From positions 22,869,812 through 22,933,811 of the forward strand of contig NC_068994.1 of NCBI RefSeq assembly GCF_001194135.2: 64,000 bases of DNA, given 5' to 3'. The position numbers and the translations under genes were made by a program. The notes below the pieces were generated by a model. It worked only from the letters and a program-made list of their open reading frames with translations, was not told where the DNA came from and ran no database searches. This document shows, piece by piece, positions 1 to 13,710 of this stretch (position 1 is the stretch's first letter; each line of letters starts with the position of its first letter). This stretch comes from Octopus bimaculoides. Its lineage: Eukaryota.

Positions 1-39
<39 letters not shown>
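1..39. repeat. (TA)n microsatellite
   Basis: Direct reading. Confidence 0.98.
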
Positions 40-43
<4 letters not shown>

Positions 44-48
44 ACATA

Positions 49-908
49 CAGGGTGTTTGGGCTAAATTTGACAATTTTTCAGGTTTCCTTTTTCTAGGAA
101 CAGCTTGATGTATTAGTGAACAATTAACAGTGTTGGAGAGCATAAAGATTAAAGTTGTAGTTGAGAAAAAAATTAGCTGACATGGAGGACTTGAAGTCAT
201 CTGAATATTGGAAAAAAGTTACCTGTATCATGTTCATTTGTACTGGGTAATCAAAATACTGATATTACTGTTGTTCAATTCTCTGTGAGCATTATAAAAG
301 CTGTGAAATGTGACATGGACAGCTGTAACTGAGGCTGTGAAGTTGTGACCAGCAGGAAGGGACACAGGGTATTCTGGGAATTCATCAAACAGCTGCAGGA
401 TAGGGCCTTAGGCTCTGTTCAAACAGCTATGTGAAGCTGCTGGAGACTGTGATCAATCCCTGACTGGAGAAAGTTGCTGCTGGAAAGCCATATGTGTAGC
501 AACAGGATTCAGGTCCTTGCTGTACCTCTGGTATGAGCCAGAAGTTGTTGTTTCTACAACTTCAACAACCCCAATTTTTGACCTTCTTATTCCTCCAATT
601 GTGATTCTATGAATAGCTATGTGTGGAGCATGGTTGAGAAAGACACCAACTGCTCTGCCTGCAATACCAAGCCTGAGCTAATGGCCAAAGTCAAGGAGAT
701 GCTTGACCTCACTAGGGACTCAGTGAGGAACACATGCACCAGGTTCCAGAGCTGTCTTGAAGTCATGGTGGAAGCTGAGGGTGGCTACTTTGAGTCAACT
801 ATTATCTAGTTGATATTTTTTTATTAAAAAAAAAAGACTTTAATTTTGGGTGGCATATTGTTTTCTTTTCCTTTTATGCAAATTGTCAAATTTAGCCCAA
901 ACAACTTG
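49..908 (+). mobile_element. Internally deleted Tc1/mariner relic, maT/DD37D-like
   Basis: 29-bp TIRs (cagggtgtttgggctaaatttgacaattt at 49-77; inverse at 880-908, 2 mismatches) flanked by TA. Decayed C-terminal transposase: QQDSGPC...MNSYVWS...RFQSCLEVMVEAEGGYFE. Confidence 0.9.
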
Positions 909-919
909 TATATATGATC

Positions 920-1735
920 TGACACCTAGTAAAAAAGCCAACAGAAATGTTCAAGTGTTATGGGATGCTATAAAAGAGAGGGTATTTGTGAAATCATTTA
1001 AGAAAATGTGGCATTAGTAATAATCCTAATAGTAATGAGGATGATTTAGTGTTTGAGAAAGATATTGATAACACAGTTCTATTTGCAGAGAATTCTGGTG
1101 ATGAAGAGAGTAATGCGGATGCCAACAGTGAGAATGCGTTTGCATGTTTCGCAGATGCTGATTTACCTCCTCAGATGATGATTTTCTACATTTTGTTATC
1201 ATTAATTAAGCCTTTTGTTAGAATACATTTAGTTTTTTGTTTCTTTTTTCTGATGCTTGCAGTTTTTACTGATATTTAAGGGAATTTTGCTTTCAGCATT
1301 CATCAACATCAATTTATTTCTCTATTGCTATGGCAAATTTAATTTTGGTTGAAGTGGCTAGAACAAAAAATTTCCATGTGCAGAGCTTTAGAAGACAGAA
1401 ATTAAATTGTAGAAGAAATGAATTTGGTGGAATAAAAAATGATATGAGCAAAACATTTGGAGGGATTAGGTATAGAATTAATAACTTTGGAAAAGAAGAA
1501 ACTAATATAACATGACTTCACACTAACCTTTAAATCTTTTAAAGATTAGTGTAAACTCATGTTATATGATTTCGTATGTTATTCCACTATACTGCTGCAA
1601 TATTGTATTTTCATGCGCAGAATTCTACTTTTTCATTACTAAACCGCTTTAAAATATCTTTTTTCTATAAAGTCTTGTAAATTAGGGAAGCTTCTTATGC
1701 AAGAGTGTGTCTTATGTGCCACCAAGTTTGGTGTA
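920..1735 (+). mobile_element. pogo/Tigger-like DNA transposon 3' remnant
   Basis: Frameshifted WDAIKERVFVKSFK(K)CGISNNPNSNEDDLVFE followed by an acidic tail (ORF 1049-1279), typical of pogo C-termini. The end resembles a pogo TIR (gtcttatgtgccaccaagtttggtgta). Confidence 0.6.
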
Positions 1736-1753
1736 TATATATGTGTGTGTCTG

Positions 1754-2092
1754 AAGCCACATAGCTCAGTGGTTAGAGCATAGGGCTCACAGTCATGAGG
1801 TAGTGAGTTTGATTTCTGGACTGTGCTGTGTGTTGTATTCTTGAGTAAGACACTTTATTTCATGTAACTCCAGTTCACTCAACTGTAGAAATGAGTTGCG
1901 ATATCAGTGGTGCCAAGCTGTATCAGCCTTTGTCTTTCCCTTGGATAACATTGGTGGCATAGAGAGGGGAGGCCGGTATGCATGGCTGACTGTTGGTCTT
2001 CCATAAACAATCTTGCCCAGATTTGTGCCTTGGAGGGTAACTTTCTAGGTACAATCCCATGGTCATTCAAGACTGAAGGGGGTCCTTTACCC
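1754..2092 (+). mobile_element. tRNA-derived SINE with CORE-like segment
   Basis: A-box TAGCTCAGTGG, degenerate B-box, then ttgtattcttgagtaagacacttt. The head is homologous to 19235-19475. Confidence 0.85.
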
Positions 2093-3267
2093 ATTATCCT
2101 GTGTGTGTGTAAATTACATTGTGTAACACACATTTTGTCCTTGGGTAATAACTTATTTCCATTTGCTTACCCCTAGAAAGTATGAAAAATGGCTAATATT
2201 TCCTTCAAACTTTGCTTTTGCTATGATATTTATTTAAGCCCCAAAGAATCCCTCTCAACATGAGGCTCTGATGCTCCCCCACTACTCCTGCTCATGACCA
2301 GAGATGCACATATTGTCAGCCACTAAGGGACATACTCAACTTGTTAAGCTCAAGTAACTGACAAGCATATCTGTAGTATTGAGCAGAAGATTTGTTGTAA
2401 TGATATTTCTGCTTCAGCAACACAGCACTGAGTCTGTCTGAAATGTAATGGAAAATAGTTCAGTTACAAAACATTGATGTGCAGGTCACAAAAGCAAAGT
2501 TAGAAGGGAATAGTAGTCATTTCCTTTGATTTCTAGATAGAAGCAAATAGAAAATAACACTGAATGACCAAACATAAAAAAAAAAAAAAATTGTGAGTGT
2601 TAGCCCACACAAAAGAATTTGCCTTCTCTAAAGTCACTACAGTGATTTATTGTTTTCCGAAGCTACTGATTCTATACCTAATCTCGCCAAATGCATCACN
2701 NNNNNNNNNNNNNNNNNNNNNNNNNNNNNNNNNNNNNNNNNNNNNNNNNNNNNNNNNNNNNNNNNNNNNNNNNNNNNNNNNNNNNNNNNNNNNNNNNNNN
2801 NNNNNNNNNNNNNNNNNNNNNNNNNNNNNNNNNNNNNNNNNNNNNNNNNNNNNNNNNNNNNNNNNNNNNNNNNNNNNNNNNNNNNNNNNNNNNNNNNNNN
2901 NNNNNNNNNNNNNNNNNNNNNNNNNNNNNNNNNNNNNNNNNNNNNNNNNNNNNNNNNNNNNNNNNNNNNNNNNNNNNNNNNNNNNNNNNNNNNNNNNNNN
3001 NNNNNNNNNNNNNNNNNNNNNNNNNNNNNNNNNNNNNNNNNNNNNNNNNNNNNNNNNNNNNNNNNNNNNNNNNNNAAAAAAAAAAAAAAAAAAAAAAACC
3101 AACTTTCTCTCTCTCACACACACACACAGACACACTGTATACTTAAATTTCACACCTCTATATATATGAAAAAACAAACCCCTTAAATGTAGGTGCAGCA
3201 TTTAAATCAGTACTATTAATTGAGAGGCTGCACTGTAATTATTTCTGTATTTAATTTTGAGCTTACT

Positions 3268-4833
3268 ATGTATTCAGTTCAGAATGTGTATCAAGTTGGA
3301 AATCAGTTCTTCGAAAATTACTCTCTTTGTCACAACAACAATGAAAACCCAATAAATAACAAAATAACAGCTAGCACTTCTGTAACTGCTCCATCCTTTG
3401 TTGACCACACTGCTTCTCTTGCAAAAAATGATATTCATGGTGGTAATCGATTTCACACAAGTTTGCCAGTAGAAAACAAGAGACCTTTTAAATGTAACAT
3501 ATGCCGTAAAGGGTTTTCACGGAAAGCTAATTTAAGCAATCATGAAAAGGCTCCAAGTGATGAAACTCATTTTACATGTGATTTTTGCATGAAAGCTTTC
3601 TCACAGCGTGCTGAGCTACGAAGTCATGAACTTATACATAAAGGGATAAAATCTTTAGAGTGTCCCTACTGTGGAAGACGTTTTACTCACCAAGCCACTT
3701 TGATTAATCACACTCGAACTCATACAGGAGAACGACCGTACAAATGTGTTGTGTGTGAGCGTTGTTTTACGCATCAAAGTACGCTGCGTAATCATATGCG
3801 CACACACACTGGTGAGAGACCATTTGTTTGTGTTATTTGTTTACGAGCATTTTCACATCGAAGCACACTTATTAACCACGAAAAAGTACATACAGGAGAG
3901 AAAGCTTACCAGTGTTCTATTTGTTCTAAGTTGTTTGCACACAAAACAACTCTTAAGAATCACGAACAAATACATACGGGTATAAAGCGACACAAATGTA
4001 ATATATGTCATAAATTGTTTACCCATAAGAGTACTCTACGCAATCACCTGCACACACATTCTGGGGAAAAACTCTTCAAATGCTTGATTTGTTTGAAACC
4101 ATTTGCTCATAAAAGTACCCTTCGGAATCACCAGCAAACACATTTGGCTGCCGGCATGCGTCGCACATTTGCAAAAAAAGTAAAACCTTTTAACTGTGGC
4201 TTCTGTAACAAAGGGTTTTTATTAGAAAGTTCTTTACGAAATCACGAACAAAGTCATCTTCACAATCCTGCTCCTGAACCTCCAGTTGTTAATCAAGCAC
4301 CAACAATGATGAGCACACCTGTGAACCAGCATAATCATCCAAATCCTGAAAGAGAAGCTAATTCGGATCAGATGTCACAACAAGTACCACACCAGGTACC
4401 AGCACAGTCTACAGTGTCACTAGATCCCAAAGCAACTAAGGCGTTTGCCTGTGGTATATGTGGCAAGCTGTTTTCTCAACAGAGACAAATGCTCAATCAT
4501 GAGCAAACTCATGCACATGTACAAACGGATGGGACAAAACTGATGCGTAATAGTGACAAACTATTTCAATGTGGGGTTTGTATGCGAGTATTTGCACATC
4601 AAAGCACATTACGTAATCACAGCCGTATACACACAGGTGAGAAACCATATCAGTGCCGCTATTGCATTCGGGCATTTGCGCATCAGAGTACGCTACGTAA
4701 CCATGAACGCATACACACTGGGGAACGCCCTTACACTTGCGATATTTGTCATCGCTGTTTCTCTCATCAGACAACACTTAATAACCATAAACGAACTCAT
4801 AAAAATGAATCTATTTCTCTTTGCCAATTGTAG
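3268..4833 (+). CDS. C2H2 zinc-finger protein (12 complete fingers + 1 degenerate), single coding exon
   Basis: Uninterrupted ORF (open from 3220) with Cx2Cx12Hx3H repeats and TGE(K/R)P linkers. First in-frame ATG is at 3268. CAG acceptors at 3277 and 3282 are possible, so the true start may be in an upstream exon. Confidence 0.95.
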   Translation: MYSVQNVYQVGNQFFENYSLCHNNNENPINNKITASTSVTAPSFVDHTASLAKNDIHGGNRFHTSLPVENKRPFKCNICRKGFSRKANLSNHEKAPSDETHFTCDFCMKAFSQRAELRSHELIHKGIKSLECPYCGRRFTHQATLINHTRTHTGERPYKCVVCERCFTHQSTLRNHMRTHTGERPFVCVICLRAFSHRSTLINHEKVHTGEKAYQCSICSKLFAHKTTLKNHEQIHTGIKRHKCNICHKLFTHKSTLRNHLHTHSGEKLFKCLICLKPFAHKSTLRNHQQTHLAAGMRRTFAKKVKPFNCGFCNKGFLLESSLRNHEQSHLHNPAPEPPVVNQAPTMMSTPVNQHNHPNPEREANSDQMSQQVPHQVPAQSTVSLDPKATKAFACGICGKLFSQQRQMLNHEQTHAHVQTDGTKLMRNSDKLFQCGVCMRVFAHQSTLRNHSRIHTGEKPYQCRYCIRAFAHQSTLRNHERIHTGERPYTCDICHRCFSHQTTLNNHKRTHKNESISLCQL

Positions 4834-7800
4834 ACTTCTGGTGCAGGGAATGGATGTTAATGTTGTGAAGTAATGAGTGTTTGTCACATAAACAGATTTG
4901 GGTTGATACAATTTGATAGTGCAATCTCAAATCTCAGTTAGTCTTTCAGTTGTATTGATTACTTTGTTTCCTCAATTTCCATTCCACCTCTCTTACTCTC
5001 CACCCCACTCTCTCTCTCATGAGTAATGTTATGATTGTTCTCTTCTCTTTTCAAGTATTCCTCTAATTCTTTGCTGGAACAAGAATAAAACCTTTAAAAA
5101 GTTTTTGGTTTAAAACTTTTTCAAATGTTGACCAGCTTTAAATTTATTTATTGCAGAAATATATGTGTGTGTGTATGAATTATGCATGTACGTGTGTGTG
5201 TTAGATATGTATCAAATGGGATTTATGTTTATATTTATTTTCACTTTTTATACACTTTGCATTTTTATTTCTAAAACGGAAGGAAATTTGTTTTTGCTTG
5301 TTTTTGATTTTACTATAAATCTAGGTTTGCTACAAATCTGATTTCTATAAAAATATTTCTATATTTTCTTTGAAATTCTATTGAAAAGTTTGATATTTTT
5401 ATCTGATTATCTTGTATACAAATTCATTGTTTCATTCATTTTTAAAATTTGATAATTCTTTATCAATTTATCTTGCTAGATCTTTTGTAACCATTTGTGG
5501 TATTTAAAAAACTAACTCCTTGAGAATCCAATCCATTGTATTGTACTTTCCAATACTATAGTAATCTGGAGTACTGTCTTCCATATTTTAGCCAAAAAAA
5601 AAAAAATTTCCAGTGAGCAAAAATATATTTGCATATTCTTGTTCAAGGTTAATAAATGCTTTTATATAGAATGATTTTGAGGCATGCATTAGGTCATTAT
5701 TCTAGGTTAAAGGAATTCTTGAACAAATTTCAAACTCAACAGGTATTGGTAAATATTGTTGAAACTTCTGAGATGAATTATAATTTAAATTTTGCAGATT
5801 CCTGCTTCAATCAATTCTGTCTCAATCATCAAAATGCACCACCCCTGACTGGATATGAACGCGGAACCTTTAGTTCTAAGCAAAGAGCATTAATATCCTA
5901 ATCTAGTGGTTATCAAACTGACAAATACCAGGCTTTCCCCTTCCCCAAATATTTTTGGTATCCCTTGTCCTCTTCATTAATGAAATGACAAACTAGTGTA
6001 TGACCTGCATATAATTCTTTATCAAGATATTTGACAAGTTTAAAATGTTGGAAATCATCTTGCTATTTGTCTGTCTCCTTTTCAATCCTTACAGGTTCCC
6101 CCCCCCCCACTCAAGAAATGCTGACCTAAACCACCAGTGCATATACTACTATTAATGTATTATCTTATTTAAGCTATTTTATTTTCGTTATGTCAGCTCT
6201 ATTAACTTAAAATCAGCACAAAGATTACTGATTGCATTTCAGAAAGTGATTTATAGTTTCTTCAAATTTTCTAAGTTTCCACTGTGATATGTAATTTCTC
6301 TTCACACATTAAATGTGTTTAGCCTTTTCTAGTTTCTATATTTCTTGTGTCATCAAATATTTTCAGTATTTTTCTATTTTGACTCTTAGTAAATCAATTT
6401 CTCTGTGAGTGCTTGAGATATTACAGGTGTAGTTCTTTAACATTACCATTTGTGGATAGAATTTATTTTAGTGAGGCATCTGTTAAGTGTAATATCACTC
6501 TTGAATACTGTTTATGTTTCTGGAATTCTTTTTCTTTTTGCCAAACCTTTGGAATAAAGTGGAGTCACAATTGATTTTAGTTTTTGTTTCTCAGGAATAT
6601 ATTCTTTTGGCAGCAGATTTCTTCTTTATACATGTATTCATAAATAGTTCTGTTTTACTGGATGTTATAGATATTTCATAGTTCCTTTCTTGACTCTATA
6701 AGCTAATGAGACTCAAAGCTTATTTTTGTTACACTGACACACGTGTATTGAAGTATGTACTGAGTACATAGGCCATGATGGCAATAATAGCTAATTCATT
6801 AATTTTGCTTGGTATATGTCTTTTCTATGTAGAACTTTGCTGTTCAGTACAGTGTCAACATTTTCATGCTGTCTTCTGTTGATGTGTTTGACTTTTCATT
6901 AGAGACTCTGATCTGCTTTGATTTTAGCTCTCATAACTGATAAAACTTGTTAGTTGGGGGCATTGTAAATGGTTGACAACTTGTGAGAACATAATAAATA
7001 TATCTAAGATTAATTCTGTTTATAATTTTTACCTGAAAAGGAAAATATAAAAGATGAAATAAAGCAAATGTTATTAATTTTTTTTCAGCATTTTCTTGAA
7101 TGAATTGTTTGACTAAAAGTTTTAACACATTAATGTAATAGCTATCATTCTGACTTCTGTTTTCTCATAACAATAGAAATTATAAATATTTTAAAGATAT
7201 CACTTGCTTGTTGGTAATTCAGTTTTTATATTGTCATGGTTTATTTGTTTCATCTATACAGAAGTTTCAGAATCCAGTCCTCTACTGTTTTCTGGGTTTT
7301 TAGTCACAGTAGATGATGACCAGTTCAATTTTTCAATCCAAAACCCTGTCTCTACTGTAACTGCACTTACTTGTCTCATGCAAAGTTTGCACAGTCATTT
7401 TTGCCAACTGAATTTTAGCTGTTTCAAAATTTGTTCACAAATTTTTACTTTCAAATCATAAGAGCTTTGCAAAAAAAAAAAAATGGTTGTTTATTGTAGT
7501 GGCCTAAATTTTGTATTCAGTGTCTGCAGTCAGAAGATTGGAAAAAAATGACTTTTTATTAAGTTTAATTTAACTTAAGGAAAACTAATGGAGCTATATT
7601 TAACAGCTTTTCAATCTTACAATTTTAACTAACTCTAAACCTTAATTTTATTACTTTTAGTAATAAAATTCTGATTCAAGCTGGATCAAGATGTATTCCC
7701 TAATCTTGAAATTCAGTATTTTGTCACTGTCATATGCAAGTTACAAAGTATAACAGCTTATTTCTGTATGAAAATATTAGATGAACTAGTAACTGAAAAT

Positions 7801-9341
7801 ACCCTTGACAGATATCTAATGTTATAACAGCATTTCAAAATTTGAATCCTTACAGAGAGCGCCATTCACTAAGATATTGGTGCTTGAATTTCTCATAAGC
7901 TTTTGTTATATCTTCTGATTTAAAGTCACTTCTAAGTGATTAGGTTGGTAAAGAAGTTATAAGTAAGATGTCAGTGTATCATTTTAATTTTAAACATTTG
8001 AAAAGGTGCAATTCTCTTCAGGTTTGAACCTAATTGTTTGCTTTTCTATCTTTACTTAATTTTTATCAGCATTGCCTAGAGGATTAGAGTAATATAAATA
8101 GTATATTACTGTTTTGAAATATGAAATATACTTCAAATCTTGGTTCCTATCTTTTGGTCGCTGCTATACTTTTCCAAGTTTGTCAAAGTTTTGAGATGTC
8201 TTGAATGAACTACTATATTTCAGTAGTAGCTTTGCAGGAATATTGCTAATGTTCTTGTTATCTAATGATTAATCATGTATGTGAATTGAATTAATAGGTA
8301 TTGACTTTCGGCTTGACTACTATCTATCTAGCTTTTGGTTATGAGGTGGATACAATGCTTGCAATAACTGTAGCTCTAAATGGTTGTGTTCTCAGAAACC
8401 TTGTTAGTCATTTAATGGTTATCTTGTTGCAACATTTCTCAATGTTGTAGATTTAAAATTCAACTCTTTTGCTTTGCTCTTTAATAATGCAAAGTCAGAA
8501 CAAAAGTTACACTTTGCTCTACAAAAGCCTCACCAGAATAAAATCTAACCAAAATATAAATAAAATGAAAATTGCATATATAATATATGCATATATATCA
8601 GGTAACAGTGGTTAAGTAATCTCTAGGTGAGACAACGAAAAAAGACAACGAAATCAAGAAAAATAAAACTTACAGAGTGAAAAAGAAATTGTATATCATT
8701 TTTGGGTCAAATATCTATTATAGATAATTGCACTAGCATTAAAATTAAGAAAAATCAAGTAGTGGGTGGACTCCCATTTTAAACTATATATCTGTATCTA
8801 CTTCATGCAACTGTTTTAAATAACCTAAAATCATTGGGGCCATGCTTCAGAGGATAGTAGTAATTATTCTTTGAGCTATAATCCTAATGACTTTGTATTT
8901 ATGTTTAACATGGTGTCTGGTTATGGGTTGAAATCTGTAAAAAGAAAATTGAATGTCAAATATGTAGAAATATAATCGATAATCTTTATTTGAATAACTT
9001 TGAGGACACTCTTTATGTGAAAAATATTTCTTGATCGGATTTTGCATAGTGTATCAAAATGATATAGTTTTTGTTATGGCAATTTCAAACAGGATCTTAA
9101 AATTTTGTTTTGGTATAAGTAAAATTTAACTTGAAATTTTGGAGTAGATTTTGTTGAGCAGTTTAGGTTTTCTCAGTAAGGCTTAAATTCTGAAATGTTT
9201 AATGAAGGAATATTGATGATTGTGGTGTTTTCAAGAATATGAATAATATAACAGTCAGTCCAAATAAGAATTAAACCAAGTCATAGATTCATCCATTTGA
9301 GATTTTGTATATCAGCTGCAGACTATTGATACAAAGTTGTA

Positions 9342-10175
9342 CAAGTTGATATCAAAAAGTTCCTGGATTAGTTTGGTAAAAGAATAACTTATTTACCTAA
9401 GTTTTAACATCTTTGAAATAGTCATCTTGCACAGCAATAAATAGCTCCCAGTGTTCCAGCCACTTTTAGAATCCAGTCTGGAAGTCATTTTCCATAAGTG
9501 ATCTCAACAACGGTGTTAAAACAGTGACCTTTGAGCTGCATTTTCATCTTGGGGAAGAGATAGAAGTCCACAGGTGCTAAATCTGGCAAATAGGGTGGGT
9601 GGGGAAGTGATAGGATGTTTTTGGCTAGAAACTCATGAGTGAGGAGTACATTGTCATTGTGAAGAATTCAGTTCTTCATGCTCCACAGATCCGGTTGCTT
9701 TCGTCAAATGTCTTCCCTCAAACACTTCAAAACAGCACAGTAGAACTTGATTTACAGTCTGGCCCTGGGGGATAAATTCTTGATGCACAATATTGTAGAT
9801 GTTGAAAAACACGAGCATGTTCTTGGTTGAATTACGGTTTTGTTGTGCCTGTGCCACCCAAAACATTGTGTACGACCCATTGCCTTGTTGCTGTAAGCTT
9901 GCCGAGGCATACTCAATGTCTCTGCAGCAAACTTCCCAAGTTTAATGCAAAATTTCACATTGGCTTTTTGTTCCAACTTCCTGTCCATGACAAAAATTGC
10001 AGACTACAGCAAACACGTGATCACAACACATTTCACAACCTGCAAAGTAAACAGTGATGTCACTCAGCACAGTGCCTCATGAAGGTCACTGCTAGCTCTC
10101 ACTGTGCATGCAACCATGTGCTGCCATCTGTTGGCACACTAAAGAAATAGTCCTGGAACCTTTTGATACCACTTG
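9342..10175 (-). mobile_element. Internally deleted mariner element
   Basis: Imperfect TIRs flanked by TA (9340-41, 10176-77). N-terminal HTH EQKANVKFCIKLGK (9752-9988) is fused to FIPQGQTVNQ, followed by PPYLPDLAPVDFYLFPKMK. Confidence 0.92.
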
Positions 10176-11176
10176 TAATTCTTTAAGGTTAAAATTTTTC
10201 ACCGCAACTTTAAAAATGATGAAATATTTTTTCTGGAAAATTAAATTTTTATTAATTTATTTTAGACATTTTCAATTATTACTTCACAGTTCCTTGTATG
10301 ACCATACCTACTTTAAGAAAGATTAGAAGAAACATTGTGCATGTCTGTGTAAATAACTAAAGAGTACATTGTAGTTAGGCTAAATGTAAAAGAAAATGCT
10401 TGGACTTAACTGTCCTGCTTGATGCTGCATTAAAGAATGAAATAGAAACCACTATTTTAGTTTGTACATGAGAAAGGTAGAACATAAATGGAAAAGTGAA
10501 GCTGTAAAGTAATGAATTAGTGTGACAGGCAATATAAAAAAATGGCTGTATAGTTATAGCGATATGTGTAATGGTACCATCATGTGCTAATGACAGGTTG
10601 AAGAAAGACATTTAATTTTAAATTTTGAAAGAAACTTGCCATAACCGACGTATGACAATGTTCATTTTTAGTTTCACTTGCTGTTTTATATACAATGAAA
10701 TCCTGTAATAGTTTATGTTCTAACAACAACTTGAAACCATATTAATCACATTGCAATTAGATCCTTAAAATATGAAGAGAACTTAAGTCTTACTCAAGTA
10801 GTTGCCAACTATCATTCCTTCAACATAGTTTTCAGGATCTAGTCAGTCTTCAAATAATTTCCTTAGTATATTTTGTTCATCTCTGAAGTGAAGAAAATAT
10901 CTTTTGATTTATGTTGGTAAATCTTGTAATACTTCTTAATAATTGTGTGTTCAAATCATTCTTTAAACTTATTGAACAAATTTCTAGAAAAGTACTAGAG
11001 AATTTGATAGTGCTCAGCATTCACTAGTAAAATCTATCTTAAAAGTTGTCAAAATGTCACTTAGAATTTCACACATAGGAAAGTATACCATAGGGTTTAA
11101 TTTTCAGATTTAATTCTTTCATGTGTAACAGCACAAAGCAATAGTGTCATATTTTTCAATCATTAAGATAAAATGT

Positions 11177-11180
<4 letters not shown>

Positions 11181-11220
<40 letters not shown>
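11181..11220. repeat. (TA)n microsatellite
   Basis: Direct reading. Confidence 0.98.
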
Positions 11221-11224
<4 letters not shown>

Positions 11225-11691
11225 AGTTTTGTGGATTTGTCTTCCTCCTATCCATTATAGGATAAGTAATGGATAAATAACACATACACACACCTTGATG
11301 TATATCTGTACATGCAATAATACTTCTGGAAAATTCTATTATGAACCTTTTTCCCCTCTTTCTATGCTGGCAATATTATTGTATACTTATATATAAATAT
11401 GTGTGTGAGTGTATATGTGTTCTGTCTGCTTTTATTTTAACATTATTTACATGCTTTGTAAAGATGGTAACACAGTGTCTTTACTTACCTCTGCTACAAA
11501 AACCTATCCAGCCATTGAGCTGTTCTTCGAAGGACTAATAAAAATAGTACCTTACTTAGAAATATATGAAGGCTAGCAACAGAAAGAAAATCCTGCTACA
11601 ATGATTTTGTATGACTTGTGCTAGTATGGGAAAGGAGGCATTAAAATAATGATGGTGATAAGTGTAAGGCTTCAGGAAATATAACCATTTA

Positions 11692-12034
11692 TCTTTTATT
11701 TGTTCCAGTCATTTGACTGCAGCCATGCTGGGACACTACCCTGAAGAGCTTAGTCGAACAATTTGACTTAGTACTTATTTTTTTTAAGCTTGGCATTTTA
11801 TCGAATTTACAGGGATGTAAATAAACCAACACCAGTTGTCAAGCAGTGGTGAGCGACACACGCACACACACAACAGGCTTCTTCCAGTTTCTGTCTATCA
11901 AATCCACTCACAAGACTTTGGTCGACCCAGGGCTACAATAGAAGACACTTGTTCTAGGTGCCATGCAGTGGAACTGAACCTGGAATCATGTGGCTGGGAA
12001 GCAAGCTTCTTACCACACAGCCATATCTGCACCT
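11692..12034 (-). mobile_element. Abundant CORE-type SINE (family A)
   Basis: Head aggtgcag...gctgtgtggtaag, CORE-like ggcacc...aagtgtctt, tail cagtcaaatgactg. More than 10 homologous copies occur in the window. Confidence 0.9.
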
Positions 12035-13710
12035 GTAATGTTTATGTTTCCCCCCACCCCTCAGATGATATGGTTAATTCTAAAGTTTCAGCACTATCTG
12101 TATCAATGTAGCAGATATAGTCATCAAACATACTACTTATTTATATTTTTATTAATAAAATATTTGATTACTGTTTACAATTCTGTCTTATCCTTGTAGT
12201 GTTAATTTTTCTATTCTAAATAACTTGTCGTTCTAACTTAGTACAGTCACATTTTGTATCCTTTTAATGGCATGTACATAATGAAATTTTTGAAGTGTGA
12301 TAATGCAATTTTTCTATTTATTATTTATATTAATCTTGAAATCCATAAATATCAGAATGCTACAAATTCAAAGATTGCTTTCACCATATTGTGGAGAAAT
12401 ATCTACATTATCAGATCAGCAATTCAGTCTTAAATATTTTTGGTAACATATATTATGTAACACAATGGGCTAGCTTCTTGAGTTAACTGTACATATGGAT
12501 TTTTTTTTAGTAAGCAGATAACTTTTATGAATAGCCAAAACCCAATAGAAATTGAAGACCAGTTACTCAATATATATAGTGCTTCTCTTGTCACAGCAAA
12601 CTGGGTCTCATTAGAGTTTAGTATTTATGCTGTGCACCTATTTTTAGTGAGTTTTCTTTTAGCACTTCTTTGAATTTGTTGGTGTGTAACTCTATAAATT
12701 GGCTGCAGAGATCAAGGATTTAAACTTCTCTTGATCCTTAGTGAAGATATTACTTTTTTTTCTTTGTAATTACAGCACAACTTCATAATACGATATCAGC
12801 AATGAAAATATTAAAAAATAACCAACACTGTGAAACTGGAATCATAAACTTGTCTAGTACTCTTGATAAAGCAAAACAGATTGTTATGGTCAACTTTCAT
12901 TCCTCCTAAAGTACCATTCAAATCCTGAGGTTGATGGTGTCCACTCCCTTTCCTCAAAATTGCTGGGAGTAAACCAAAAGATAAATAACAGCTAAGAAGC
13001 TGCTGGTTGAATTGTTTGTACAAATGTTCAATGAGATATTGGAGTAAGTTTTAACCCTTTTAAGACCAAACTGCCTGAGTCCACCCTTCGTTTTATGGCA
13101 CAAACTTCCTGTTTTAAAGTTATCTAAGAACTTCCTATAAAAATTTCATGTTAATTTATGTTCCAATCATCAGTTTAATAATTACAAATTTACTTTGATA
13201 TATTCTTCATTTGCAAACTTAATTGAAAGAAAAACACTATTTCAACAGAAATATGGCAACAAAAGGGATAATGACATAGGGAAGTTCACATTCCGAGCCA
13301 AATCGAGTGAGTTAAACGCAAGGGTTTGAATGACTTTTTAAGTCTATCATTTATTGGCATACGAAGAGTACTTACTAGTAAAGAGTATTGCATAGAAGTT
13401 CAAATTTGTTTCCTAAAGGAGTCAAATGGTGAAATGTGTAATGATGAAATTTATTATTTTTATGTAAATTACATTTGACTTTTAAATATTCCAGTCTTAT
13501 TACAATTACATTTTTGTGATAATTTTTTAGTTGTAAAATCTGTGAGTGTTTTGGTTACTATGATGAAATGTAGACTCCCATATATTTTTTCTAAAACCTT
13601 AATTTTTCTAACCCTTAATAAATATTTTAAGCGATTCCAAAATTTGTGATATCTTTCTTTCACTTTTTGTGATATGATCAGTTGGATAGGTTGTAACAAG
13701 TATTATTATT

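Noticed and set aside
1754-1830. tRNA gene
   Set aside because: The A-box is present but no full cloverleaf forms. It is the head of a SINE.
2597-3201. Long ORFs full of X here and at the other gaps
   Set aside because: Artefacts of N-runs and microsatellites, with no coding evidence.
7360-7470. Minus-strand exon candidate ending in GTAAGT
   Set aside because: Stops in all three frames and a weak acceptor.
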